The position numbers and the translations under genes were made by a program. From Minisyncoccota bacterium (lineage in GTDB: Bacteria; Patescibacteriota; Minisyncoccia; Phycocordibacterales; UBA2100), in assembly GCA_043780835.1 (NCBI GenBank), contig JAYWCB010000010.1, positions 2,845 to 66,844 on the forward strand: a DNA stretch of 64,000 bases, written 5' to 3'. Of the stretch, positions 9,702 through 20,462 are shown piece after piece. Each line of letters begins with the position of its first letter. Within the stretch, counting starts at the first letter, position 1. The notes beneath the pieces were generated by a model. It saw only the letters and a program-made list of their open reading frames with translations, had not been told where the DNA came from and searched no databases.

Positions 9702-10118
9702 CTACACCCACCTCTTCAACGCAGCCCTCTTGGTAACAATTATTACGAATGACGCGATAATAAAAATCAAAATCATACCAATGTCGATGATCCCTTTTGT
9801 ACTCGGCATTGGTAGCGACTGACTTGCATCATTCGGCGCAGCCATTGTCAGAAGTACGGTAAGCGGAACCCACCATATAGCGAATTTTGCCCAAGACTGG
9901 AAAACTTCTTCTCGCATGAAATATGTAACTAGTGAAAAAAACATTGTTGGAATAAAAATAAATAGAGATGCAGCCAGCGCGACCATGCTAAATGCACAAT
10001 CATAGTTTTCACGCGCACAAAGACCTGTCTTCCACGAGTTTGCTACCAAAAACATTACGATGACTCCCCCGATGGCAACAATCAAAACATTCCTTTTTGC
10101 AATAATTCTTGCATGCAT
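9702..10118 (-). CDS. polytopic membrane protein
   Basis: Several hydrophobic segments. Confidence 0.4.
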   Translation of the reverse strand: MHARIIAKRNVLIVAIGGVIVMFLVANSWKTGLCARENYDCAFSMVALAASLFIFIPTMFFSLVTYFMREEVFQSWAKFAIWWVPLTVLLTMAAPNDASQSLPMPSTKGIIDIGMILIFIIASFVIIVTKRAALKRWV

Positions 10119-10134
10119 ACCAGTTTTTGTGTCA

Positions 10135-13100
10135 CTAATATTTAATAATCATTGTACCTTGTTTCGTCAAAACCTGCGGAACGACGAGTCCGTTGAGTGT
10201 TTTAAGTTTCGAGCGTAAAAGCAATAACGCAGATTGAAGTGAAGGATCAGCTATATCATCTGCTGCCGTCGTATTTATGACATATGTTTTATCAACTAAA
10301 GATGAGTAGATCGAGAGCGCACGATCTGTAGGTGTTTTTATCGCGCTAATAAATAATGTGTATTTGCCAGTCTTGTCTGTAGACCAGAAATAGCGAATCG
10401 TTGTAGTAGCGTTCGTAGAAGAACCAGTGGAGTACGAAAATGAAGGGATGATCAAGGTTGCGTAATTAGACTGTGCCGTGTTTTTTTGGATGATTAAAGT
10501 TAGTGAATTTGCATAAGAGTCACTTACTTTTAACCCGGCAGCAGTAGCAATAACGCTTGCAACAGAACGATCATCTGTTCCCAAAAACTCAACGCGTTTT
10601 GTTGTGGTACCGAAACGTATTGTTACCTCTGGTGGCACGGTGTCAAATAATGTAACTCCTCCAATCCTAGGCAAGAGTGTTATATCCACATTTCCGTCAC
10701 CATTTGAATCTATTCGCATGGGAGAAACCGTTGTGATATCAGACTGGACGTCTAAACTAACTTTCGTTTGTGGTGTGGTCGGAATGTCTTTAAAGGTCGC
10801 TTTGGCAGTCTGCGAGTCGCCAATGAATTGCTCTACGCTGAAAGAGAATGTTCCCGTAGCATATCCGCTCATTATGATGCGATTGGCACTATCGGTACCT
10901 GAATACAAATACTTTACGCCGCCAAGTTCCATGTAATAAGTGCCTGGAATTCCTGCTTCAATCTCACCCGTAGATGTGGAAATGCCCGTGTGATTACCCG
11001 CTCGATCATACAGATCGAGAGTAAGGGGAGAATGTAGTTCATATCGCAGTCGTTTATTCACTGCATGAGGAGCTGCGAATGAGAGATATGAATACTTAAA
11101 AATCGGCTTTGTCGAACTTGATATATTATCTACGATAAAATTATCGAGATCTGTTATTTCGAGTATATCTTTATGATTAAAGGGTCGAAGAATGGTTCCA
11201 CCTGACGCAATAAGATGATCAATATTGTAGCTACCTATGTCCACCCAATAATCTTTGACGTTTGGTATTGATGCAGCCATCCATAGTGCGCTCGGCACCA
11301 CCACCGTTCCATCACCATCTACAGTAGTACTTGCCGTAAGCGTAAGTCCCTGATCGCAGAAATTGCTACAAAATACGGACTTTGTAGTGCTCGAGTATTG
11401 AATACTTTTCAGGGTTGTTGGAATTCCCCATCCGGCAATTTGTATTACTTGAATACCTGCAGGAGGTATCCACGCATCAAGAATCGCATGCGTATGTTGT
11501 GCTTGTGCTAGTAAGTAGGCATTCGCTTGTATAGGCATTGTTGTGTTTGAACTGGTTTTATCGACACGCTCATATGAGTCTATTAAGTACGAACCAAGGG
11601 TCTCTACCGAATGAATCGTGTTGCCATATTTCCCAGACCATACGGGAAGTGTCTGAGCATCAAACGTAACAACGGGATCGTCCACATAGGTAAAGTAGCT
11701 TTGCGAAGGCAATAGATTGTATGCAACCGGAGCGTTGGCCGAGAATTCTCGCCCGGCTTGAGCAGATATTATGAGAGGCAGATAATCTGAAGGCATGCCT
11801 TGTTTGTTTCCGTGTAGAATCGCTGCCACCGCCTGCGGTGTTCCGACCTGAGGAACAGCCACGAAAATGAGCTTATCGACATAGCGAGCGAATTCGGGGT
11901 GTGCTACGAGTAACGCCTTGATCACTAATCCACCGTTTGAATGCGCGACCACTGTTACTTTCCCCGTTCGAGAACTCGAGGCCAATCGCATTAACTCAGC
12001 GGCAATGTACGGAGTAGCAGTTGCATGCAGATACGATATCTTTCCATTCGAATTAACTCCGCTGCTTAAGATGTCATCCAATGAAAGTCTCCAGTCATAT
12101 GGCACAGCCGACCACTCATGTATTGAGGATGACGCGACAAGAGCATCCATCTTTTGCATGAAAGTTTTATAAATGTTCGGTCCGGCAGCAGATACATACG
12201 CCTCGTCTAGCACGTCACGAGTATATATTTCTGATTGTGGTGAAGTGATGTCTTCCTTCCCCTGATCATTAAGCTCCAAATTATAAACATCTGCATCCGT
12301 TTTCGGTTCCCAAATCTGATGCTGACTGTTCGGTGCCTCGTCAGGTCTTGCTGGTCGATACAGACGACTCCCTCCTACTCCCGGTAAGAACATAACATTC
12401 GAATTGCAGTTAAGAGTGCACGACGCAGTGGTGGTCGCGGTAGTGGTGGCTGTAGAAGTGGCGCCATTGGTGTGAATGCGGAATGCGTAGTCAATGTAGC
12501 CGGGTGCATTGAGGCTCGGATTTTGTAACAAATTAGCCCGATTATCAGTATCTCGACCGTATATGCAGCCGGTTGTTGATGCGTGGTACACGTCTGTTGA
12601 ATGTCCATAATACGTGCTGGCATATGTAGATGGGTATACCTGATACGAAAGCATTTGATAACAGCGAGAAGGATCGGGCGTAAAAGCGCTTGGGAAATCA
12701 AAATGATATGTGTGGTCGCCTTCGATTGTCTCTTGCAGATTTTGAGGTGTAAATTCATTGGTTTGTGCACTGGTTGCATCGTATTCGCGAATCGTTGCCA
12801 GTATAAGATTGCCCGGAACAGCACCAACACGAACATCAATCCCCGTTACCGCGTTCCCTTCGGAAAACGATCCGTTACCCAGATTCTGCAATGCCGCGCT
12901 TGTGCCCTGTGCAGCAAACGAAAAGTCCGCATTCAGACTGCCATATGTTTTACCTGTTGGAGTAATTGGTGGGGTCGCGGTGGCCACGTTTCCGTCGTCA
13001 TAAATCACAAACGAATAGTCGACGATGCCGTGGCCATTCATCGCAGGGTTTTGATTGAGACTACTTATATCGTCACTGTTATACCCGTATACACACCCTG

Positions 13101-13539
13101 CCGATGAGGCAGTATATTTTTGACTCGACCATCCATAAAAATCCACCGGCGTATTGTCGGATTCCGAGACGATCAATGTGTAACAACTGAATGAGTGCGG
13201 AGTGAAAGGTGCGAAAGCAAAATGATAGACCGCGCTGCCTGATGTTGCCGCCTGACCAGCAATTGCAAAATAATAGGTAACATTCCCCGTTACGATGTCG
13301 TGTTCCTGGATTTGGGTGTAGATCATGTTCCCGAGAGTCGTTGATGCGCGCACATCTACACCCGTTACTGCGGCCCCGTGTGTAAAGTTGCCGTTGCCGA
13401 GATTTTGAATACTCGAGTATGAAGACGGCACTTCAAAAGACCTATCAAACCCGACGTCTCCATGCGTTGCTGCAGCAGACATAGTAGGCAGTCCCAACGC
13501 CAAAGCCGCAATCGCCCAAGCGGCGATCTTTTTGTTCAT
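10135..13539 (-). CDS. large secreted protein: two ~200-aa N-terminal repeat domains plus a C-terminal alpha/beta-hydrolase (lipase/PGAP1/LCAT-like) domain
   Basis: Signal peptide MNKKIAAWAIAALALGLPTMSAA. Internal repeats QNLGNG(N/S)F(T/S)(H/E)G(A/N)AVTG(V/I)DVR. Lipase-type pentapeptide VVAHSNGG. Confidence 0.6.
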   Translation of the reverse strand: MNKKIAAWAIAALALGLPTMSAAATHGDVGFDRSFEVPSSYSSIQNLGNGNFTHGAAVTGVDVRASTTLGNMIYTQIQEHDIVTGNVTYYFAIAGQAATSGSAVYHFAFAPFTPHSFSCYTLIVSESDNTPVDFYGWSSQKYTASSAGCVYGYNSDDISSLNQNPAMNGHGIVDYSFVIYDDGNVATATPPITPTGKTYGSLNADFSFAAQGTSAALQNLGNGSFSEGNAVTGIDVRVGAVPGNLILATIREYDATSAQTNEFTPQNLQETIEGDHTYHFDFPSAFTPDPSRCYQMLSYQVYPSTYASTYYGHSTDVYHASTTGCIYGRDTDNRANLLQNPSLNAPGYIDYAFRIHTNGATSTATTTATTTASCTLNCNSNVMFLPGVGGSRLYRPARPDEAPNSQHQIWEPKTDADVYNLELNDQGKEDITSPQSEIYTRDVLDEAYVSAAGPNIYKTFMQKMDALVASSSIHEWSAVPYDWRLSLDDILSSGVNSNGKISYLHATATPYIAAELMRLASSSRTGKVTVVAHSNGGLVIKALLVAHPEFARYVDKLIFVAVPQVGTPQAVAAILHGNKQGMPSDYLPLIISAQAGREFSANAPVAYNLLPSQSYFTYVDDPVVTFDAQTLPVWSGKYGNTIHSVETLGSYLIDSYERVDKTSSNTTMPIQANAYLLAQAQHTHAILDAWIPPAGIQVIQIAGWGIPTTLKSIQYSSTTKSVFCSNFCDQGLTLTASTTVDGDGTVVVPSALWMAASIPNVKDYWVDIGSYNIDHLIASGGTILRPFNHKDILEITDLDNFIVDNISSSTKPIFKYSYLSFAAPHAVNKRLRYELHSPLTLDLYDRAGNHTGISTSTGEIEAGIPGTYYMELGGVKYLYSGTDSANRIIMSGYATGTFSFSVEQFIGDSQTAKATFKDIPTTPQTKVSLDVQSDITTVSPMRIDSNGDGNVDITLLPRIGGVTLFDTVPPEVTIRFGTTTKRVEFLGTDDRSVASVIATAAGLKVSDSYANSLTLIIQKNTAQSNYATLIIPSFSYSTGSSTNATTTIRYFWSTDKTGKYTLFISAIKTPTDRALSIYSSLVDKTYVINTTAADDIADPSLQSALLLLRSKLKTLNGLVVPQVLTKQGTMIIKY

Positions 13540-13638
13540 GACATACAGTATGCCAATCTATGAGCAATTCATCAACATATCCACATGTGTATACGTTATG
13601 TGCACAATACCTATTAGCGGTCCTATAGGATTGTTAAT

Positions 13639-14196
13639 ATGTCGAGTCAAATGGAGCAAAAACTTGTAAGAAAGTTGCGACGGACTAAAATGCAGGACGC
13701 TATACTCTCCTCACTCAAAATCGCCGGCATTTTAACCATCGCAATCGCCGCGCCAAATTTGGTGCAATTGTTAAAAAGACAGCTGACTAATCGCTCGATT
13801 CAAGGCGCATCTGAGCGACTTGCACAAAAAGGATTCATTGCATGGCAACATATAGACGGAAAAAGATTTATGCAGCTGACCGCCAAAGGAGAAGCGTATA
13901 TAAACGCAAGAACCATGTCGATCGCAAAGCCAAAACACTGGGACGGTAAATGGCGAATCGTCATATTTGATATTGCTGAGCCTCGAAGGAGGCACCGTAC
14001 ACAGTTGCGTAGAACGCTCATCGCGCTTGGTTTCAAACGGCTCCAAGATAGCGTGTGGGTATTCCCCTATGACTGCGAGGAGCTCATTACCCTTTTGAAA
14101 ACGGAGTATGGCCTTGGCAAAGAAGTTTTGTATATCATCGCGGATTCAATCGAGAGAGATTGGGAAATTATAGATCATTTTAAACTGAGGGATTAA
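13639..14196 (+). CDS. PaaX-like winged-helix regulator
   Basis: WDGKWRIVIFDIAEPRRRHRTQLRRTLIALGFKRLQDSVWVFP resembles the PaaX C-terminal signature. Confidence 0.45.
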   Translation: MSSQMEQKLVRKLRRTKMQDAILSSLKIAGILTIAIAAPNLVQLLKRQLTNRSIQGASERLAQKGFIAWQHIDGKRFMQLTAKGEAYINARTMSIAKPKHWDGKWRIVIFDIAEPRRRHRTQLRRTLIALGFKRLQDSVWVFPYDCEELITLLKTEYGLGKEVLYIIADSIERDWEIIDHFKLRD

Positions 14197-14295
14197 TTGC
14201 AGATTAGTGGTCCTATAGGAGCGTTAATGTGTACTTATGAATTGAAAGGTGTATGGAGACTGAGAGGGCTGTGAAGAAAAAGGACGGTCCTTTTT

Positions 14296-14430
14296 GGGGT
14301 GTGTGGTTGGGTGGGTGGGTGGGTTGGATGTTGGTGGGGTTTGCTGGAGAAGTGGGAGGATGTGGTGGAAGGGTGACGGTGGGAAAAGAAAAAAAGGGGG
14401 TGGAAATACATCGGTAACGGGGGGGGTGAA
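14296..14430 (+). repeat. G-rich low-complexity tract with canonical G-quadruplex motif (GGGTGGGTGGGTGGG at about 14308-14325) and a G8 run (14418-14425)
   Basis: Direct reading; lies in the intergenic region between convergent genes. Confidence 0.7.
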
Positions 14431-14452
14431 GTGAGAGGCTTTGCGATCTTCC

Positions 14453-15286
14453 CTATTTGATTCCGGCGTCGGTTTTGATTTGAGCAGCGAGCTGGGTTTG
14501 GCCTTGTTTGGTTGCGTTGTCGATTGCGGCCTGGAACATCGCCATTGCCTCGTCGGTACGACCGAGTTTTTTTAGATAGACAGCGAGCGTGTACTGCATG
14601 TCTACAGCACGCGGATTGGCAGCGATCGCCTTTTTGAGAATGTCTTCGGCTGCAGAGTTAGACGGTTTATAGGAAGTTTCGCTGTAAAGCGTAAACAAGT
14701 TGCGGTATGGGTTCGTGTCGTCAGGCTTGTTTACTATAGCTGCAAGAAATTCCTTTTCTGCTTTCGGGTAGTCCTTAAGATAACTCATGTACAGCTCGCC
14801 TAAATTATTATGCGATGCGTGATTTGATGGCCATTGCGCCGAAGTGTATTGCCAGACCTGCTTTGCGGTTTCGTAATTACCCGCCATGAAGTTCAGCGTG
14901 CCTACATTGATCCACGCGTTGAAATCGAGCTTGTCTTTTGCAATATCGTTAAAGGCCAATGCATAACCGGATTGCAATGTATGCTTTTCTGCAGGAGAAA
15001 GTTTTGCGGTGAATTGCAGAGCCATTGGAATAGTCGGGGCTTTATATGTCACCGTTGCTTTCTGACCATCCGTAAACGGCACAACGCGTGTGCTTCCGCT
15101 CTCTACCGCAGACTTGGTAAGGGCCGCAAACGTTGCGCTAGAAGTTGTAGCAGCAGATTTAGCATTCGTCTGCATGGCTAAGGCATGCTGATGATTCTGA
15201 TAGAGATAACCGGCCGCAATAAACGCGATCGAGATCACTAAAAGGGCGCTCGCTCTAAGTGTGGATTGATTCATGGTGGCCATCAT
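14453..15286 (-). CDS. TPR-repeat protein, N-terminal signal/anchor
   Basis: Hydrophobic N-terminus; repeated A/L/Y-rich TPR-like helices. Confidence 0.55.
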   Translation of the reverse strand: MMATMNQSTLRASALLVISIAFIAAGYLYQNHQHALAMQTNAKSAATTSSATFAALTKSAVESGSTRVVPFTDGQKATVTYKAPTIPMALQFTAKLSPAEKHTLQSGYALAFNDIAKDKLDFNAWINVGTLNFMAGNYETAKQVWQYTSAQWPSNHASHNNLGELYMSYLKDYPKAEKEFLAAIVNKPDDTNPYRNLFTLYSETSYKPSNSAAEDILKKAIAANPRAVDMQYTLAVYLKKLGRTDEAMAMFQAAIDNATKQGQTQLAAQIKTDAGIK

Positions 15287-15324
15287 ACATGAGACGAGTC
15301 GGCTTTGCAGCCCTTACCAAAACG

Positions 15325-15357
15325 AAAAGCCCTCTCTCCTTTCGGAGAGAGGGCTTT
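15325..15357 (-). terminator. intrinsic terminator after the large surface protein gene
   Basis: aaaagccctctctcctttcggagagagggcttt; a T-tract follows on the minus strand. Confidence 0.65.
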
Positions 15358-15415
15358 CGTCTATGACCGCGAGCTTACGCTCGGTGAAGTCATATGAGGT
15401 AATTCCTAAGCGGAA

Positions 15416-18400
15416 TTACTGATTACGTGTCTGGGTGATACCAGAGCTCGAGAGTCCAGGAACGCCACGACCGTTGCGCCAATCTGTATTAGCGGTGTCG
15501 GAGATGAGCGTTGTGGATGTCGAGTTTGGAGTCCAGAGGAAGTTCTGGGTCGAGACCGTACTCGTCGCACCCGTGTTCGTGCCGCTAGCATCTCCAAGAA
15601 GAATCGTCGTGATTGACGAACCAACCTGTACGCCTGTTACAGTCGCGCGAAGTTCGAAGTAGTACGTGGATCCCGCAGGAACCTGGACGATGCCTGCAGG
15701 TGTTGCTGTAACACCATTGGTGTTAACAACAATCGTCTGCGCACCAGTCACACCCGCTGTGTTCAACGGAGCTACGTTAAGCGGATTACCCCCGTTTACC
15801 GCGCTGCTCTGGAAGTCAGAGTTCTGGAATGCGTAGAGATTGAAGTTCGTTGCAGTTACAGACGAAGTCGCAACTGTGAACGTGAACTTCGTAATACCTA
15901 CGTCACCTCCAGCTCCTGCCAACACAGAGAAGCGGATGAGCTTACCGTCTGCAACACCTGTCGAGCTCATTGCTACCTGTCCAACGGACGGGAAGGTGCG
16001 CTCGATTCGTACGCCTTCAACATTTGTATTGCCTGTTGCGTAGATCGTGTTGCCAGAGTTGTTGCCGGTTGCCTTTGCTCCACTGAAGTTGAGCACGACA
16101 ACACGACCAGGTGTACCCACCTGACTTGGGCCAACGTTTGCAACGTTTGCCTTAATCGTGAGGACTACATCTGTGTCCTTCGGCAAGGTAACCGGTGTCG
16201 AGAGTGTCGACGTTGCGGTCAAGCTACCAGAAGTGAAGCTGATTGTACCTACCTGAGTTGCGCCGTTCCAGATTGTTGCCTGGAGAACGTCGGAGTTGAC
16301 ACCGGTAGAACCGGTGATACCGAGCTCAGTGAGGGACATGTCTTCACCTGTACCCTTGAGCTTGATAGCAGCTACCGTGATACCTACTGTACCGCCGGAA
16401 GCGAGAGTAAACGACGGTGACAAGTTCGATTGTGAAGCCACAAGCGCACTCGTACCGACAGTTTGCGTACCACTGTTAGAAGCAGTTGCAGTGAGGTTTG
16501 TTCCTGCTACGAGGGACGAACCGGACTGAACGCCTGTTGCAGCGTATGTGCTAGGCGTAGCAGGTACACCAGTGGTGTATCCGAGCGTAGCAGCAGACGA
16601 CAGGTTGCACTTAACAGCGAGGGTCACAACTGCGCCCTTAGCAACTGTAAGTGAGTTGTCGAACGTGAAGTTCGTAACACCGGTAGCGATCGGAGTGACC
16701 GTGTTGGAGCCGGTGTTTACAGCTGTCGTACCGTTCCACAGCTGACACGCGCTAACGCCCGTGATGTTGCTGAAGTTGACCGGCACCTGGTTCACGCGGA
16801 TGTCTTCACCCGACTGCGATGCGTCGAGCTGGATATTCGCGAGTGTTACAGCAGAGCCACCTGCAACGATCGACTGAGCTGCAGGACTTGCAGCTGCTGT
16901 GATGTTGAGAGTTGCACCACGAACAGTCATCGTGTTCAGGGTGAACGTAGAAGCTGGGATTACGACAGTGTTACCTGTCTGTTGGCCCGTGACTCCTGTG
17001 AAGTTTGCTGTGTTGACAGTAACTGCGTAGGTAGCACCGTTTGGTACACCTGTAGCTACCTTGCCCTTGATTGTGTAGACGTGTCGACCAGACTTGAGTG
17101 TGATCGAGTTGTTGAACGTAACCAAGGTGTTGACTGCATCAACCGGTCCTGCGAGCACTACACCGGCATCATCCACGAGGGTGACGTTGGTGAGCTGTGC
17201 AGAAGTTGATGTTGCCAAACCGTAGATGTTAAGCGCGATGGTTTGCACCGTAAGCGCCTCACCCTTGATATCTGCGACGAAGCCGCCGAGATTCTGGTTC
17301 GGGACGTTGACTGCGATGTTCTGAGATGGCACTTCTGTCGCGCGAGCGATAGAGGTAACCGATGAACCCTGAACAGTTACAGTTGAGCCTTGGAACATTG
17401 GCTGTGCTGGTGTGACACCAGTACCAAAGAAGCCAGAAGCGTGTGTGGACAACGACGACGGAGTTGCACCTGTAAAGGATGCAGACGTCGGCGTGATTCC
17501 GTAGCCGTAGGTTTGACCGACGATGTAGATGTCAGACGGACGATCGATATCGAATTCGATCACGCGAGTGTTCGAATTGGTACCGGTGATGTCTCCCATA
17601 ACGTACACATCGGCAGAATTACCCTTCGTCATCAGGATGCCACCAGCGACCGTAGTCGTGAAGTAGCGACCGTCAGCAGAGACCGTTGTCGGGTAGCTCG
17701 TGCCGTTGATGACTGTCATGACATTCGAGATGTCAGACGCGCTCGCGGAACCATTGAGGCGCCAACGAACTGAGAAGAGGCGAACGTCTTCCTGAGAACC
17801 CGCAGTGATGCGGATGCCTGAGAACTTAACTGCAGTATCACCGATGTTCTTTGTCTGAGCCGAGTTTGGATCAAACGAAGAGTTGGCGATGGTAGCTGTA
17901 CCAACAGAAAGCGAAGCATTGATTGTCTGGTTTGCGCCCGAGATCGGGAGTGAACCGGAAACTGTGCTTGTTGTGTTGATTCCAGTTACCTGGAGAGCAG
18001 CAACCTGTCCTGCGAATGCAGAGAGGTTGGCGTTCATGTTGCCGGCGACCGTAAAGGTCATCGACTGTCCAGCCTGGAGGGTCATCGTTTCACCGATGGT
18101 TGCCATGTGGTTCGTGTCGAATGTGCGCGGTGTTCCGATTTGGAGACCGTTTTGATCGAGAAGAACTACACCTGCAAAGACACCGTCTTGCGCGAGGCCG
18201 GTGCGAGTGACCGTGATGCCGTTGATTGTAACTGCAGCGTTCGACGAATTCGTGAGCGTGAAGTTAGTGAACGGTACGCGGGCAGATCCTGCCGGAGCGA
18301 GCGAGTTGGCTGGCTGTGAGCCTGCAGAAACCATAAGGGTTCCTGGAGTTGAGCCCGGAGGAGGCGTTGTGCCACCTGTCGTGCCGCCAGTTGTCGTGCA

Positions 18401-18853
18401 AAGCATGTTTGCCTTTGCGCGCGTGGAAACGAACCAGTTACCGGTTCCCTTCGAAAGTCCGTTCGGCGTGAGGATGTCTGCCGCGTACTTGTTCTGGAAC
18501 TTGACCACTGCACGCTTAGTTGCAGGACCAAAGGTAGATGTTTCGTTGCCAGCTGAACCAGCGCCGCTTACCGCGACCGTGGTGTCTGACGATTTGTTAA
18601 GGAATTTCTGCAAGTTCATGACTTCAGCTCCCTTTGAACCCATTTTGAGATTCGCGGTGAACGTGAAGCTGCATGAGGTGCTCGATGAAGAGCCCTGAAG
18701 TGCAGCGATTTGTGCGAGCAGTGCGTTGATTTGAGACTGCATGTCCATCGTGGTTGCTGCCTTTGCCGGAGCGGCAAAAGAGAAGACCGAGAGGATCATA
18801 CCGATACCCAAAAGCACAGCTGCAACATTCTTTGTTGCTAATGCTTTACTCAT
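15416..18853 (-). CDS. very large Thr/Ser/Gly-rich cell-surface protein with N-terminal peptidoglycan-binding-like domain
   Basis: Signal peptide MSKALATKNVAAVLLGIGMILSVFSFAAPAKA. PG_binding-like GSKGAEVMNLQKFLN…KRAVVKFQNKY. About 1000 aa of T/S/G/V-rich repeats. Confidence 0.6.
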   Translation of the reverse strand: MSKALATKNVAAVLLGIGMILSVFSFAAPAKAATTMDMQSQINALLAQIAALQGSSSSTSCSFTFTANLKMGSKGAEVMNLQKFLNKSSDTTVAVSGAGSAGNETSTFGPATKRAVVKFQNKYAADILTPNGLSKGTGNWFVSTRAKANMLCTTTGGTTGGTTPPPGSTPGTLMVSAGSQPANSLAPAGSARVPFTNFTLTNSSNAAVTINGITVTRTGLAQDGVFAGVVLLDQNGLQIGTPRTFDTNHMATIGETMTLQAGQSMTFTVAGNMNANLSAFAGQVAALQVTGINTTSTVSGSLPISGANQTINASLSVGTATIANSSFDPNSAQTKNIGDTAVKFSGIRITAGSQEDVRLFSVRWRLNGSASASDISNVMTVINGTSYPTTVSADGRYFTTTVAGGILMTKGNSADVYVMGDITGTNSNTRVIEFDIDRPSDIYIVGQTYGYGITPTSASFTGATPSSLSTHASGFFGTGVTPAQPMFQGSTVTVQGSSVTSIARATEVPSQNIAVNVPNQNLGGFVADIKGEALTVQTIALNIYGLATSTSAQLTNVTLVDDAGVVLAGPVDAVNTLVTFNNSITLKSGRHVYTIKGKVATGVPNGATYAVTVNTANFTGVTGQQTGNTVVIPASTFTLNTMTVRGATLNITAAASPAAQSIVAGGSAVTLANIQLDASQSGEDIRVNQVPVNFSNITGVSACQLWNGTTAVNTGSNTVTPIATGVTNFTFDNSLTVAKGAVVTLAVKCNLSSAATLGYTTGVPATPSTYAATGVQSGSSLVAGTNLTATASNSGTQTVGTSALVASQSNLSPSFTLASGGTVGITVAAIKLKGTGEDMSLTELGITGSTGVNSDVLQATIWNGATQVGTISFTSGSLTATSTLSTPVTLPKDTDVVLTIKANVANVGPSQVGTPGRVVVLNFSGAKATGNNSGNTIYATGNTNVEGVRIERTFPSVGQVAMSSTGVADGKLIRFSVLAGAGGDVGITKFTFTVATSSVTATNFNLYAFQNSDFQSSAVNGGNPLNVAPLNTAGVTGAQTIVVNTNGVTATPAGIVQVPAGSTYYFELRATVTGVQVGSSITTILLGDASGTNTGATSTVSTQNFLWTPNSTSTTLISDTANTDWRNGRGVPGLSSSGITQTRNQ

Positions 18854-19013
18854 AGTTATATTTTGACCTTTGTATTCCTGGCATTCAATAAAAGAATGCG
18901 AGGAACCGTACACGTATTCATTCGACGTGATTACCTGTACGTTTGTTTTGCGAACCCTCTATTAATAGAGTGTCCACTAATAATGTATTTGCTAACCCTT
19001 GGCTCCTTGCTAA

Positions 19014-19358
19014 TTGTCGACGCGGAACGAAGGGAGTAGCAGCGAGATGGGATGTGTCGTATACAGCGTTTCAATCGTGCCCGACACACGCGAAGCGTAT
19101 GAACGGGTCCGTCACACTTTGCAGTGTGTCGGATCGGGAAAATCAGAACGACGAAAACTCATGAGCATACGTTCATTCGTCATGCCTCATGAAAACATGG
19201 TGATGCGATCACCAGAATCTGTTTCAATATATAAAATGTCAAAGAGCGACACAGAGGGCAAGGTGCTTCCCTGTGCAACGCATGAAGTATGCGTCCGCAC
19301 AATTATATACTGGAAGCCTGAATACACCTGTCTGAGCAAAACTCCGTTTTGTGGATAA
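19014..19358 (+). CDS. hypothetical protein
   Basis: ORF only. Confidence 0.25.
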   Translation: MSTRNEGSSSEMGCVVYSVSIVPDTREAYERVRHTLQCVGSGKSERRKLMSIRSFVMPHENMVMRSPESVSIYKMSKSDTEGKVLPCATHEVCVRTIIYWKPEYTCLSKTPFCG

Positions 19359-19501
19359 CTTGTGAGTAAAAACGGCCCTAATTCAAGCCGATTCTACGTC
19401 CCCCAAGTTACCGGCGCAGGATACTGCACCGCCCCACAGGAGTCAATTAAGGAGACGTGCATCACCGGACTATATTTCACTGTAAAATAAGCCGCACAAT
19501 A

Positions 19502-20281
19502 TTACACCACACTGTAGCGGGACCACCGTTTCAAACCGGTCTTTGTGACCCGACCATCCGCAACGAGCCCCAGTAGCTCCCGCTGTATCATTTTCTCGCT
19601 GTATTCGGGCAAATTCGAACAAATATCCTTGATTCCCATCGAACCACTCGATCGCAGAATTTCCAATATACTTTGGGTACGCACGGTTGTTTGTCCATTT
19701 ATCGCATGCGACTTCACTGTCTCGGATACGACGCTTCCGGATCCAGAAGCGTCGCGTGTCATGGAAATGTCCTTAACGTCTTTTACGGCATAGGTCGGGC
19801 TTCGAACCGGCTGTGTGCCTACATCGAGTAGTTCCTCACGCGTTACAACCACACTTTCTGAGAAATTAGTCCTTTGTGATACCTGCATAAAATTACCCAA
19901 TTCGTCGAGCGCCTCAACGATTGCGGTCACATTTTGGGTGGAGGCAAATCCGGATATTGCCAGCATCCGCACGAGCGATATCAAATGCCTGATCGATGAA
20001 ACGACGGTAATAACACCGCCTGAATTCGGTGCCCGCATTTCATCGCGCACATCAAGCAGTGCTGCCAGCAATTTTGTAGATGCGCGACGAGCTTCGTGAC
20101 GGATCGATTCACCGGAATCAATGTGATTCGTGAGCAAATGGACAGCAGCTGCGATACGCTCAGCCCTCCGATATGCTCTATCAGCCGCTCGGTTTTCACC
20201 AAATGGATTGATACGGACATTCTGAGAGTCGAAGAATTTCCCAAGATTTTCTGTCTTTTGTACGTCTTTATGATCGTCCAT
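19502..20281 (-). CDS. hypothetical protein with C-terminal winged-helix domain
   Basis: Start taken at MDDHKDVQK. C-terminal LEILRSSGSMGIKDICSNLPEYSEKMIQRELLGLVADGRVTK is wHTH-like. Divergent from ftsK. Confidence 0.4.
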   Translation of the reverse strand: MDDHKDVQKTENLGKFFDSQNVRINPFGENRAADRAYRRAERIAAAVHLLTNHIDSGESIRHEARRASTKLLAALLDVRDEMRAPNSGGVITVVSSIRHLISLVRMLAISGFASTQNVTAIVEALDELGNFMQVSQRTNFSESVVVTREELLDVGTQPVRSPTYAVKDVKDISMTRDASGSGSVVSETVKSHAINGQTTVRTQSILEILRSSGSMGIKDICSNLPEYSEKMIQRELLGLVADGRVTKTGLKRWSRYSVV

Positions 20282-20462
20282 TTTAGGTAGCGCGATGTCC
20301 GATAGATATAAAGGACGTAATAGCGTTGGGCGATTATATAAAGGACGCGTGAAAACGCAACTTTTTGTGAGCCGTAGGGCACACGGCTTCTCGGACAATA
20401 CTCTTTGCATGGCTCTAGGACTGGATTTTTTGAGTATTCCGAGAGGTGGTGCGTGATATGAT

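Noticed and set aside
15435-18698. Multiple plus-strand ORFs (e.g. 17390..17773, 18201..18698) inside the surface-protein gene
   Set aside because: They are antisense to a 3.4-kb ORF with a clear signal peptide and domain structure, and are composition artefacts of a GC-skewed repeat region.
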